Positions 12,610-25,289 of a stretch of 64,000 nt of DNA are shown piece after piece (within the stretch, counting starts at the first letter, position 1; each line of letters opens with the position of its first letter). Made by a program: the position numbers and the translations under genes. A model generated the notes under the pieces. It was given only the letters and a program-made list of their open reading frames with translations. It was not told where the DNA came from and searched no databases. The stretch is from Mobula birostris. Lineage: Eukaryota. The stretch lies in contig NC_092379.1 of assembly GCF_030028105.1 (NCBI RefSeq), forward strand, positions 26,405,821 to 26,469,820. Direction: 5' to 3'.

Positions 12610-15600
12610 GCTCCTGGTCCAGCTCCCTTATACGGACTCTACCGATCTGCATTTAGATGCAACTGGCGCAGATCGGAGCGGCGGGAGATCTCCTGAAAAT
12701 ACCACAACCGGGGAAATTTCGGTTCATGAAGGGAATGGTGGCGTTAAGAAAAGGTCTCCCGACAAAGATGAATGTAAACTGCCCCAGAATCGAAATTAGA
12801 CAAATACTTAATATTGTATAACTATAATAATAAAAGAGCAAAGTATGATGTCGAAGAACAAGATTAAAAAGTCCGCTCAGAATGCTGATAAACACAAAGA
12901 GACGCAGCAAGGCAACTGGCCTAGCTCCCCGACGGCAAACCAGGACGGAGATAATGAGGAGGAGTCGGTGAATCTGTCTTTGATTCTCTGAGAGATTGTG
13001 ATTTCCGACAAGATAACAACAAACAGCTGGAAGATATTAAAGGAGAAATAGTAAAAACTAGTTTGAGGATAGATGAATCCGAAGCGAGGATTGTAGGAAT
13101 TGAGGAAACGCTGCAAAATGCAGAGGAAGTGATAGCTGAAATGTTAAAGCTACAACAGCAGCTCCATTGGAAGCTAATAGACCAAGAAGGCCGCTCAAGA
13201 AGGGAAAGTGTGAGGATCTACGGAGTTCCCGAAGGAACTGAAGGTAAACCTGGATGGATGATTTCCCTCTGGAGAAGCTGCTTAGAGAGAACCTTGATAT
13301 GCCGGACGCAAAAGACCTACAGAGAGAAAGGGTCCAACGCGCGTTAGCAGCACAGCCCCCGGCAGGCGCCCAACCCAGATCAATTCTGGTCAGATCTCTG
13401 TGTTACAGAACGAAGGAGGAGGTGCTTAAACGGGCACGGCAAACGGTGGCTTCATGTGGAGCAATTGTAAAATCAGTTTGACCACGATTACTCACCGGGT
13501 ATCCTCGCCAGACGGAAGGAATATGCGTTACCACGGACGGTCCTGAAGGAAAACAACATCAGATTGCAGACCCTGTATCCGGCACGGCTGAGAGTCTTTT
13601 ACACGAAGGGACGAAAACTTACGTTACGGCGGAGAAAGCAACGTCGGACCTGGCGGACCGGGGACTACCTATTAAAGTTATCACCCAACCGGAGTTGCTA
13701 CATGAGAGGATTAGGCAGAAGTCATGGCAGCCAGTGCGACGAGGACGCTCCACACGAACCAGAGTGTCAAACTACGAGGAAAAGCTGCAAATACTCAGAC
13801 GCAAATGTGCAGAGAGTACAGATTAATTAAGAGAAATGACTGAAAAGAGTAAATCGGACTTAACGGTACAAACTAGACGGAATAACTTGAATGATAGCAA
13901 TATGGTCGATATATAAATAGGAGAGCATTCTGTATGATTGCTCACACTGCGGAGGGCCCTCTAACACAGTGTGAAGATAGAGGTTATCCCTCTGAACTGA
14001 GGCGGGTCCGTGCTCAGGCCTCACTGTTGGAAGTCGGGGACATTTTTCAAATGTTATACGTTCAAAAATGTCTAGAGTGTGGTTTACTGTTGAGAAGGGA
14101 TTGATTACTGTTGGTTAGAAAAGGAGAGTGTTTTTTTTTCTTTTCTACAAGAGAAAAATGCAAATTGAACTGTTAAAAATAATTTCCTACAATGTTAGCG
14201 GGGTTTTGAATCCAATTAAAAGAAATAAGATTGTGTCTAAATTGAAAAAAAAGAGGGCACAAATAGTTTTCCTCCAGGAAAGACATATGAGCCAATCCGA
14301 ACATGAAAAATTAAAAAGAATGGGCTTTAAGCATGTATTTTTATCATCATATAAATTGAACCACAAAAGAGGGGTAGCTACTTCAACATCAAGTACTCTT
14401 AATTATGAAGATATTTCAGAGACTAAAGACAAACATGGACGATTTGTAAAAAATACAGAAAGAATAGAAGATACAGAAATAACGTTGCTGAATATTTATG
14501 TTCCGCCAGGTTGTGAATGGTCATTCTATAGACATATTTTTGCCCTAATGGTCAGTTCTCAAGGGATAGTACTCTGTGGAGGGGATTTTAATATTAGGTT
14601 ATATCTTGCATTAGATCCTTCAAGAATAGTTACGCAGAATAAACCTCTGACTCGGAAAATGAATTTATTGATGGAGGAGTTGGGAATTATAAATGTTTGG
14701 AGGGAATTACACCCCACTGGTAAAGATTATACACATTACTCTTTTCCTCATTCAGCCTATTCAAGGATTGACTGTTTCTTTATATTTAATGCAGGTAGAC
14801 TCAGGATAAAAGACTGTAATATTGCAACAATTGATCTGTCGGATCATAGCCCAGTCTCTATGTCTCTAATCCTGGAAAGGAAAATGAGGAAACCACTATG
14901 GCGGTTAAATTCACACATACTCAATAACCTGAAAGCAATGGAGAGATTAATGGGAGAAATCAAAGAATACCTAGACCCTAATGACACTGAAGAAACATCA
15001 CCAGTGATCTTATGGGATACATTGAAAGCTGTACTGAGAGGAAAAAATATTTTCATTACCACTCACATGAAAAAAAAATCAATGCACAAAAATTAGCAAA
15101 CATTCAAGGAAAATAGAAACAACTTCAAGTTGTAGATTGCAACAAAACTAATTCTAATTTAAAACAGGAAATTGGGAAATTGCAAAGTGAAATTAATGAT
15201 ATTTATACATTGGAAACTCAAAGAAATTTTCTTTACCTGAGATAAAAGAATTATGAAGTAGGAGGGATTCGGCTAGATTATTAGCATATAATTACGTAAA
15301 CAACAAGCAGACAATACAATTCATAAAATAAGGAATCCAAAGACAAAGCTTGTGGAGAGTACAATAGGGAAAATTCAAGAGCGTTTTGAAACGTATTTTC
15401 GAGAGCTGTACTCCGAACCCCGGACCTCCTATGAGCCCTATATAGACACTTTATTGAATTCTTTAGATCTACCCAGTTTACAAATTTACAAAATGGTTGC
15501 CTATTAGAATCAGTAACTGCCAAATAACTGAATGTGGCCATCTCTAGATTAAAGGCTGGAAAGTCTCAAGGTTCTGATGGGTTTACCTCAGAGTGGTACA

Positions 15601-18360
15601 AATCGCTGATGTCACAGTTAGCCCCATTACTACTTAACACCTTTAATTGGATCTTGCAGAGAGGAGAAACTTCATCTTCCTGGAGAGAAGCTATTATTTC
15701 AGTTATTCCTAAAAAGGGTAAAGATAAACTAGAATGTGGTCATTATCGGCCAGTTAGCGTTATTAATTTAGATTACAAAATATTTACATCTACATTAGTG
15801 CGCAGATTGGAAAAGCGTTTACCTGGCCTAATCCACTTAGACCAGACTAGATTTATTCAACAAAGACAAACACAGGACAACATAAGGAGAACTCTACACG
15901 TACTAGAACTGGTTACAGAGACAATGGTAGTGGGATTAGACGCTGAGAAAGCTTTTGATTCAGTTAGTTGGGCATTCCTATACAGAGTGTTAGGAAAATG
16001 CAGCTTTCAGGAAGAGTTCATTAGAGTAATCCAGTCCGTATATAACAGCCCTAAAACTCGAATTAAGATAAATGGAGACCTCTCTGTCTTCTTTATTTTA
16101 GAGAAAGGCACTAGACAGGAATGCCCAACTTCTGCTCACTTTTTTTTTTTGGCTATACATTGAACCGCTTGCCCAACTAATAGGATAGAGCGAAATTGTA
16201 AAAGTTATCAAGGCGGCTGAGATTGAAAAGAAAGTGACATTATTCGCAGATGATGTTTTAGACTATCTGAGTGAACCAGAAAAATCATACATAGGATTGT
16301 TTACATTGTTGAATGACTTTGGGAAAATAGCAGGTTATAAAATAAATGTTAAAAAAAACGTAAGTTATGTCCCTAAATTATACACCATCCAAAAAACTGC
16401 AGGATACGTATGATCTTAACTGGGAAGCTAAATCATTAAAATATTTAGGAATAACCCTGCCGAAGGATCTTTCAACGCTGTCACAGGTGAATTATGGGCC
16501 ATTAATTTCAGAGATAAAAGCAGATATACATAGATGGAATCTTATCCCCTTTTTAAGTTTAAATTCCAGGATAAATGCCATTAAAATGAATATTCTACCT
16601 CTGTTACTCTATCTTTTCCGGACTTTACCTGTAGAGGTGGATGACAATCAATTCATGGAATGGGACAAATGGATTTTCCGCTTTATCTGTCAAGGAAGGA
16701 AAGCTAGAATTCGATATAGCACCTTAAAGTTAAGGAAGGAAGGACGGGGTATGGTACATCCTTGTTTGAGAAATTATTTTTATGCTTCACAGATACCCCT
16801 CTGTTATATTGGTGTAATAGGGAATATAAGGCAAGATGGAAGGAAATAGAATTTGCATTGGTTGACAGTTTTCCTCTAGAAGCCTCAATAGCAGACAAAG
16901 GATTGATGGCCCAATTGGAAAAGTTTTAAAACAGCTGGATAAATCTTACATTAAAAGCATGGCAGAAGGTGGCTAATTCATGTGGAATCACTAACATGTT
17001 AAAACGTTTCAGATGGTGTGCATATGATACCGGATTCCTTCCCTACAGAGGAGTTAAAAAGATTTGAAGCATGGATAAAGAAAGGTCTTACAACCTACCT
17101 CTCATTTATACATAAAAGAGCATTACAAAGTTTCCAATTCCTGCTGGACAAATATGGCCTAGAACACAATGACTTTTTTTGAGTACCTTCAAGTACGACA
17201 CTATGTTAACCAGTGTTATAGATATACAGACTTATCAACAGTAGAATTAGACTTTTTCAAGATTCTGAATTCGGCTTACATTTCAATGCCAAGTAAATCA
17301 GTTTCTCGATTATATAATGCACTCTCCCATGCTAAAAATGCAAACACATTGTATATTAAAGAGAATGGGAGAAAGAAGCGAGGTTGGAACTTTCAGAGGA
17401 GGTTTGCAGGAAAATATGCAGCTTTCCATGGTCTTCAAATAACTCTTTGACTTGGAGAGAAGATTGTTGGAAAAAAATGTTATAAGATATTTCAAGACCC
17501 CATATCAGGAAAAATAAATAAAGACACAAACGTGACGTGTTGGAGAACGTGCGGCTCCAAGGAGGCAAATCATTTCCATATTTTCTGGGATTGCCCTAAA
17601 TTAAGTTTATATTCGAAAGGTATTTATAGGACCTTTTTACGGTATTTAAGAGCCAGATACCTCTAAACTTTGAGACGCTCTATTTGGGGCATGTATTGTT
17701 TTTTGAACAGAAGAAAGAAATAGAGTTGCTGCAGGCCCATTTACCGGCAAGTAAGAAATCAATCAAAGAAAGTGGCTAAATCCAACACCACCTACATTTG
17801 AAGACAGGCACGAAATTATCTTGGAAATATTTAAAATGCAAAAGATGGCTTACTCTCTGAGATTCAAAAAGAAAAAAAAAAGATCAAATTTGTAATAAAT
17901 GGATTGAATAGATAACCTCAAAGCGAGCAGACTTTAGATGACTCTCCTAATGATTTATACAGCTCTTCTCATCAACATAGTAATATTGCTAACGTAAGAC
18001 CCTTGATCTAATTGTTTACTGTGATTTTTGTTCTTTTTTTGGAAAATGGAGAATTAACACAAGTAAAGAAAAAGATTTGGGAAAGGGAAAAAACATGATA
18101 AAATTAAGTAAATAAGTACATAGGGATTGGATAATTATGTTTGGGGGGTAGGCGCAAACATGAACGAGTTAGGATATAAACACTTACAATGGTAGTTACA
18201 TAGGCTTTACATACAATATTTTGGACCAGAAAGAAATGGTCCAGACGTGATATATGGAAATTATTATTAATCCACTAATCCACTATTATTACTATTTTTC
18301 TTAACAAATAATATCATTACTTAGCCCAATAGAGTAGAATTTTAACTGCACACAATTATC
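12610..18360 (+). mobile_element. Near full-length decayed L1-clade LINE (ORF1 ~12850-13830, ORF2 ~14158-17940)
   Basis: ORF1 coiled coil plus EGRSRRESVRIYGVPEG. ORF2 APE: ISYNVSG, FLQE, GGDFN, YSRID, SDHSP. RT: YRPVSVINLDYK, LDAEKAFD, FADD. C-terminal CWRTCG...HIFWDCP. The 3' boundary is approximate. Confidence 0.9.
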
Positions 18361-19119
18361 TACTTAAGTGCCTAATTTCTTTTTTATATCTTCTGAATGT
18401 GTACTTAGGAATGTATAAATATTTATAGATTTATACATATATTTAAAAAAATGGGGAAAAAAGTTATAGAAGTGAATAAAAAATATCAAGGTACTTGTGA
18501 ATTCCTTATCCAAAGAAAAAAAAGAAAAAAAAAATAAGGAAGTACCACAACTGACACCCAGAACAGAACACCGGCCATGTAGACTTACCCACTGTTCCAT
18601 CTACATTTGAAAAAGAAATAAGGAATGAGCTTACATTACCTCCGCCAGTAATGGACGAAACCTTTTTGAGCCAAAACCTTGCATCTTTGCGTCACACTAT
18701 CCCCACAATGACAGCTCCCACGATGACCACTTCGTTGGACAGTACCCACTTTTCGGCACTGAGTTCGCCGTCGAAAATCTTTGTCGAGCCTACGCGGGCA
18801 TCCACCTGCTGGTTCAGAGTAGTACTCCAATCAGCGACGCCTCTCGAAAAGCTTGCTGCGTTTTAAATCCATTTGCTCGTCCTGCGCGGGAACGCTCCCG
18901 TTGCGACTGCTCAATAGACCAATGAACTGCGTGAATTGTCGCTAAATTGAATGCCGAATTCAGTTTCCCGATCAGTTGACGGAGGTCCGCACTCACCAAT
19001 GGGATACAGAGTTTACACATGAGAATATTCCAATTCATGCGATCAGTTTAACGACAAAGAGCTCTCAAAGGCACGTCACAATCTTATCAGGTCCTATTGC
19101 TGGTAATTTTTGTGTTGGC

Positions 19120-19530
19120 ATGTTGTTACGTAATATTCCGGCAGGATTGTAGTTCATTCTTCCGCATTGCTCGGAGCAGTGCTTTATACAAGCGACAATC
19201 TAATCTTTCAGATTTACTTTGCTTTTCCAGATGATATCCATGGGGATTATATCATCGAATATACCTTTCGGATCAGGCGTCGTTCTACTTCTTCTTATCG
19301 CTCACCCGTGCATATCTAAGCTCCTGTTAGTCTTTGAATGAGCATCTTGCACTGGGTTGATTTTTTTTTTCGGACTTTCTCCTTTCTTGACACCACATGG
19401 CATTAATGGATAAATCAGCATTCATTCCTATACAAAGCGTTTGAATGTGGTTAGAATTAAGAACACATAAAACTGCCTCAAGAACTGTGATATTCCCGGC
19501 CTACTCATTATACCATTTCTCTGTAAACCA
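19120..19530 (+). pseudogene. Tentative highly decayed TCR V relic
   Basis: Leader-like MLLRNIPAGL*FILP at 19120. Acceptor TTTGCTTTTCCAG at 19230, then DIHGDYI (cf. GxHGDSI). LT(R)AY and ILHW motifs occur in shifted frames, and a TGT codon lies 294 nt after the acceptor. No RSS. Confidence 0.3.
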
Positions 19531-20812
19531 ACATATTTCAGACGGTGTTTGATAAATATACGTTGATTAGCTATATTAAAGGTGATTACGATAAGACTGG
19601 TGTACCGCAGACTCAATCTATAGTTCAGACGTCGAATCTATGACAACACAATGACAACTGCACACCGACATTAGTGAAGCTCAGATAACAAACTACGTAT
19701 ACCATATAACCTTGTTTGGATTACAAAGAACATAAATAAAGATTTCATAAGACAATCATATGCAACGTTGCAACCACGCTGAATTTAAGAGCCTCCAATA
19801 CATTATAATTTTGAACATTTGCCGACGCATGTGCTCAAATTGTGGCAGGGAAAAAAAAAAACACCGTTCCCAGGATCTGAATTGTGCCTGAACACATGGA
19901 TTCACAAGGGTGTTGTCTCGTTTAGAAAATTACGGTGATGTATGACGATTGGCTCTACTTGCCTGCATCGACTAGAAGTGTAAACAGAAGGAAGTATATC
20001 AGATAAGGACGGATAAAACGAAATGTTATATAAAATATATTTGCAAATCTTGCACATCCTTCATGAGAACAGAAGAGGGAGTAGTTTTAAGTTGCGAGAA
20101 GCAAATTTAAAGGGGAATTTCAACATAAATGATATTTTTTAATCTGTAATGAACGTGGTTGATATCTCTAATTTACAGTCAGTGAGGGATATATGAAGAG
20201 GTGCAATTACTGTTGTTTGGGTGGTTAATTTGACAAAGGGCAGAGGGTGTATACAGAACGTAGGAAGATAGAGTTGGGATGGAAAGACATAAACAAGTTT
20301 ATCTGTTCATGGTGGGCTGAAGTTACCCATTTCGTTGAGGTACTTTGTTTGGACTCTAAAAATAATGACGTTTGCTCAATTCGTTTTTGTGCAATGAAAT
20401 ATTGAAGCAATGCGAAGCCGACGTAGACTCAAGTAAAAGTTTAGAATTTATTTGTGCAATTTATCTCTTCAGCATGGTCTGCAATGGTTGGTTATTCTGC
20501 TAAAGACAACACCAACCTTCTAGCTTTGGACGCTATAAAAACAAATCAACTCCGTTTTATTTTTAGTGCGAAACCATATGAAGTAATTTCTGATCACCCC
20601 ATCTTTGCCTTTGAGTCTTACAAGCACCTGAATCTTTTGATCTGAGGAAGTAACTTATGTCCGGTCGGGTCCTATTTGTCAACTTTCAAATGATTGGCTG
20701 TGTTGAGGAACAAAGAAGTAATACAGGATTGCGAAGATTAAGAAACGGGTTTGACGGGGACTTGGAGAAACAAAGAGTTTCGTTGCAAATCCACAGTGAA
20801 CAGACCACTGGC

Positions 20813-20858
20813 ATGCTGGTCGTATATCTGTTTCTTTTTGCTGCAGCGCTTCTGATAG
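20813..20858 (+). CDS. TRAV/DV: TCR V gene leader exon (L-part1)
   Basis: ATG CTG GTC...CTG ATA G|GTAAGT encodes MLVVYLFLFAAALLI plus a phase-1 G: a 46-nt hydrophobic signal exon with a canonical donor. Confidence 0.88.
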
Positions 20859-21342
20859 GTAAGTTTTTCAACATTTTCACAACCGTCTTCCTGGCCGTTG
20901 TATACAGGATGATTTATCAATATATACCAATATTGCAATATTGACCCATTGGCAGGATAGGATTTGGGATAGCGAAAGTAATATGGATCCAAATCTCCTG
21001 CAAATGGTAATAGAATGTTTAGTGTGTATTGTGACGCCAACAACAGGCGAATCCGTCTCACTCCTTGGCGCGGAAGCATTTTCTTTCTTATCCTCCTGCG
21101 ATAGAAAAGGGACGAGAAATCGCTAATGCAGGGTATTGGAAATTTTTACAAAATGAAAATTTTGTTCAGCCTTTTCTGCCATCCCTGCTAATTTATACGG
21201 GAGAAATACTTCGACGTCACATTGTAATCCCCATCTGTTGCCCCCGGACAGTACTAAACACCACGATGTGCTTCGGGTGTATGCGAGCAGAATTTTGATA
21301 TTCCTTGATTAAAATTTTGAAATTATTGTTTGACAATAACAG

Positions 21343-21649
21343 GACATTCCCGAGGCGATGCCGTTTATCAACAAACTGCTGTCATCACAGTCGCCGAAGA
21401 GGAAGCTGCAGTGCTAAACTGTAACTATAAAGCTGCTAGCACGGACAACCCTGTATTAGTCTGGTACCGCCAGTATCCCGGAGGTTCTCTGGAGTTATTG
21501 TTGCTCCGTACCAAATTCGATGGCCAACGAGATAATATTCTCCGACAACGGTTCACGGCACAGCTGAATGATTCGAGCGGAACGGTCCCACTGACAGTAT
21601 TCGAAACACATCTCGGAGACACTGCCATGTATTATTGTGCTTTGAGGCT
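21343..21649 (+). CDS. TRAV/DV: TCR alpha/delta V exon, apparently intact
   Basis: Acceptor AACAG, phase 1, open frame: GHSRGDAVYQQTAVITVAEEEAAVLNC-NYKAASTDNPVLV-WYRQYPGGSLELLL...RFTAQLNDSSGTVPLTVFETHLGDTAMYYCALR. Both cysteines and the Trp are conserved, and an RSS follows directly. Confidence 0.93.
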
Positions 21650-21688
21650 CACAGGGGTACAGAACTAGACTAAACCTGTACAATAACT
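21650..21688 (+). other. 23-bp-spacer recombination signal sequence (RSS)
   Basis: CACAGGG + 23-nt spacer (GTACAGAACTAGACTAAACCTGT) + ACAATAACT. Confidence 0.9.
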
Positions 21689-21912
21689 ACTTGAGTTTTC
21701 TAGAGGCAGCTGAGTGTAACTGCAATTTTCTGAGCATCTGTAGATCCTTGGGCAATCCGACATACACCCAAATAACAATATATTTCCTGATATTATTCTC
21801 CAACAGATTGTGTCACCTTAATCACGTTACTGCTCAATCTGTTCAAATGCGCATTCGGTTACCAAAATCCCGTCTAAAATCAGGCGTACGACCAAAGAAA
21901 CAACAACCTCCC

Positions 21913-22340
21913 ATTGTATTTTTATCACTATTTCGAAGAACCTATTTACCTTACATCGGGGAGGATGCCCACTGTGGAATTCAAAGTTGTTTATTTTCCA
22001 GTAACACTTATGTTGAAATCTTACGGTTTACGTAATTTATTGTTACTTGCAGTTTCTAATATGCCAATTTATTGTTATATTTGTTTTTGCAGCTGGACAT
22101 TTCCTTTCAGAGCGATACTGTCGCGCCCTCCTTTGGCTTACTAGATAACAGCAACCTGACATCGCCGGATTGCGACACCACTCTAAGAAATAGATGGGTG
22201 TACTGGTACAGGACGAAATTGCACTTTAATTTGCAGTTCACTCTTGATAATACCACAGAGACAATCGAGGAAGACACAGTTTACAGAGCAATCGTTATGA
22301 CTTGTTTGCTCAGAATTGCTCATCAATCGTTGAATTGTAT
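21913..22340 (+). pseudogene. TCR V pseudogene truncated by a CR1 insertion
   Basis: A 46-nt leader-like block (ATT instead of ATG; donor GGGAGG) at 21913-21958. Acceptor TTTTTGCAG at 22092, then GACATTTCC...GATACTGTC, resembling the start of the intact V. Reads CDTTLRNRWVYWYRTKLHFNLQFTL and runs into CR1 sequence at ~22345. Confidence 0.55.
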
Positions 22341-22344
22341 TTTG

Positions 22345-22941
22345 GAGTCGAGAGGGAATGTTGCAGCTATATTGGACCCTGGTCAGACCCCACTTAGAGT
22401 ACTGTGCTGAGTTCTGGTCGCCTCACTACAGGAAGAATGTGGATGTCACATAAAGGGTGTAGATGAGATTTACCAGGATGTTGCCTGAATTGGGGAGCAT
22501 GTCTTATGAAAACAGGTTGAGTCAACTACGCCTTTTCTCCTTGGAGAGACGGAGGATGAGAGGTGACCTGATAGATGTGTATACGATGATGAGAGGTATT
22601 CATCTTGTGGATAGTCAAAGGCTTTTTCGCAGGGCTGAGATGGTTGCCACAAGAGGACACAGGTTGAAGGTGCTCGAGAGTAGGTACAGAGGAGATGTCA
22701 GTGGTAACTTTTTTTTTTAGCTCAGAGGGTGTTGAGTGCGTGAAATAGGCTGCCGGCCATCGTGGTGGAGGCGGATACGATAGGGTCTTCTAAGAGACTT
22801 TTGGATAGGTACATGGAGCTTAGAAAAATAGAGGGTTATGCTTAAGTCCAGTAATCTCTGAGGTAGGGACATGTTCAGCACAACTTTGTGGGCCAAAGTG
22901 CCTGTATTGTGCTTCATGTTGTCTATGTTTCCATGTTTCTA
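22345..22941 (+). mobile_element. CR1 LINE 3' fragment
   Basis: Encodes RFTRMLPEL...LFSLERRRMRGDLIDVY (ORF2 C-terminus), then 3' UTR ending in a (CATGTTT/CTATGTTT)-type tail. Confidence 0.88.
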
Positions 22942-24647
22942 TAAAATGGCACGGCTGACATCTCACGTTTCAGGAAATAACTTTAACATCAGTCATGACA
23001 TCATTCAAACAGACTCTGAGTGTTATGTAACAGAAAAAAAAATAAAACTAGGGGAAATGTAAAGGTGAATGGGTAACGTGAACACAGAAGGATATGTTTC
23101 GATAAATTATATATTAATTGCAAGGCCTGCCAAAGTGTCAGTGATATGAGCAGTCGAAATCCCGTGACATGTATACTATACTATTAGCTGTAGAGTTCCT
23201 GCTAACATTATATTATATCCTACGTAAACAAAGTGTTGTTTCGGGTTACTGGGTATGCAATAATATTAATCCTGAATATTCCGTTTTCGAAAGGTGCTGT
23301 ACTGCTTTAACAACAATGAATTTCACTAAATTTATATCCGACACCATCTCAACGAAATTGTTCTCGGATTAGTGAAACTATTGGGCCTCGTTAATTAGAG
23401 CCAGCAACGTAAATACATCAGCCCTGTATTTGCCATGGGCACTGAAGCACTGTATTTGCAAATAGTTGTCTTACGTAAAGTCGTTAAACATTGCATTTTG
23501 TACTTAAGACTGTCAAGTTTATTTTGACTAGCACGATTTTCAACTTTCAATTGTTATTTAAAGCATAATGCTGATTAACTCTGGCTGCAATGTCGTTTTT
23601 GTTTCGAGAATGACTCAATCCCGGTGTTGCTCTGTCTAGCCACTGATGATCTGTCAGAATTTAATTCAAGTGATTTTTTTCTTCAATATCTACATTGTCG
23701 TTTCTCCGCACTAGGGGTCAATCATTTCTCAGCACTGTATATTGCAAAAGTGTGTTATGAACAAATATTCTTGGGAGTTGGTTGTCGTCGTTATGTCGCA
23801 TTTGGAATTTTCAACTGACGGACGATTTTACTGCACGCCGCTCTGTGCCATTTGGGAAATCATGTACTTGGCAGGTTACAGCAGTGTCTTCCATTTGTCT
23901 TCGGCCGGGTGAGTTTAAAGAGATCACCACCTCTCCTCTTGGTAGATTATCTGCTTGCAAAGCAACCATTGTCTTCCAAGGTAGTATCTTCCACCTTCCC
24001 CACTAGACGCCTGCTGGGTCCGCCGTTGGTCAGCACTCGTAACCCCCAGCAAGGGGCTCTTACTAAGTGTTACCAGTCGGGTCAGCTGGACCTGGGGAGA
24101 ATCGCAAGGGAATGATCGACCACACCCTTAGACCAATTTAAGGCCCCGCTACCCATTTTTGGGAGTTACGATCTTAAATAAATTACTTTTCCCTGATGGA
24201 ATGTTGACTGCTGTAATCTCAATTATCGATGGAGTTCTCCTTTTTTTTTGTTCCCTTTATGTCTCAACCATTCTCATCGGTTTAATAAAGGCAAGCTGCC
24301 GATTTTCTTCTTCTTCTCTCACTAGCACAAGTAGATATTATGACATTGTAATATGATAGAGAGAGGGGCGCATGTTTTAGAGATTAGTTTAAACAGGTGC
24401 TTGAGTTCATATGTCTAAACAATTGAGCATGGAAGTACGGAATTAATAAATATAACGAAGAAGTCAGCTGTTTAATTCATTGTGGCTGGTGTAATTTCAA
24501 CAGAATACGATCAATCTGAACACCGTTGAGGTTACAGTAACCGTGTCTGTACGAGGACTACCATAAGTTGATTAATTTACTTGTAAGACGATCTAATGTA
24601 ATAGCCTCTGTGTAAAGTTTTATTGCTGATGTAATGGTTCCTCTGCA

Positions 24648-24935
24648 GCAGCAATGTTTGGTTTATGACTAGAGATAACGGGGCTATGGAATGAGGAAGC
24701 TATGCAATGAGAACAAATGCTGTTCTTCCTTTTGAGTCTGGAAAAGAGATTTTCGTGGTATTTTGCCGGGGAGAGATGAACAGAAAAGACGCGAATGGCA
24801 AGTGCCGATAGACCGTCCGACAGCGTGGACTTGGAGTGAAAGCCGAAGGTCAGGGACAATCGGAGGAGGTCGATCGCAGACAAACCGCCTTATCAGTGAG
24901 TTCCAAACTTGCGCATTAGACTGTTTCATGAGAAT
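24648..24935 (+). pseudogene. Tentative highly decayed TCR V relic
   Basis: Acceptor TTCCTCTGCAG at 24647; GAGGAAGCT shared with the intact V FR1; TGG TAT (W-Y..GER) at ~24756; ends LISEFQTCALDCFMR (cf. ISELQxxDSALYYCAMR). No RSS. Confidence 0.35.
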
Positions 24936-25289
24936 GGGCCCTTTTCTTCTTTTTTTTTTTTGTTTTCTTTACTAATCATATAGTAAAATTAAGGATTATA
25001 AAGCTCAATTGTTTAATCACATATTGTGGACTGTTTATTGTTTCGTTGTACTGATTTGCAACAGGGGCACATCGCGCAGTATCCACCTAAACGAGACCTC
25101 TTAAGTTTGGCCTGGCAAGCCCTATATTAAGCCGAAGCCGAAACGAGAGTTACAATTGTGGGGGCTTGTCCATAAATGATTCTGTTGGATGCTGTGTGAC
25201 TACCCTGAGAATTGTAGGTATTTGTAGTATAGCTATTTTTTAAATTCGCTGTTATGTACTGTTAAAGTTGCCATTGTGGGCGGTGACTT

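Noticed and set aside
18370-18620. Possible inverted 3' end of a second L1
   Set aside because: Only AT-rich sequence and a weak EQWVS motif; insufficient to call.
18640-19040. Minus-strand GDSVTQ motif, a TM-like stretch and a leader-like MNWNILMCKLCIPL
   Set aside because: No acceptor before GDSVTQ, no Cys/Trp at V spacing, the leader is phase 0, and the TM-like frame has a stop.
23985-24130. GC-rich structured island with HDV-like words on the minus strand (GGUAAC...hairpin...GCUGA)
   Set aside because: P1 is only 5 bp and no P2 pairing can be formed; left unclassified.
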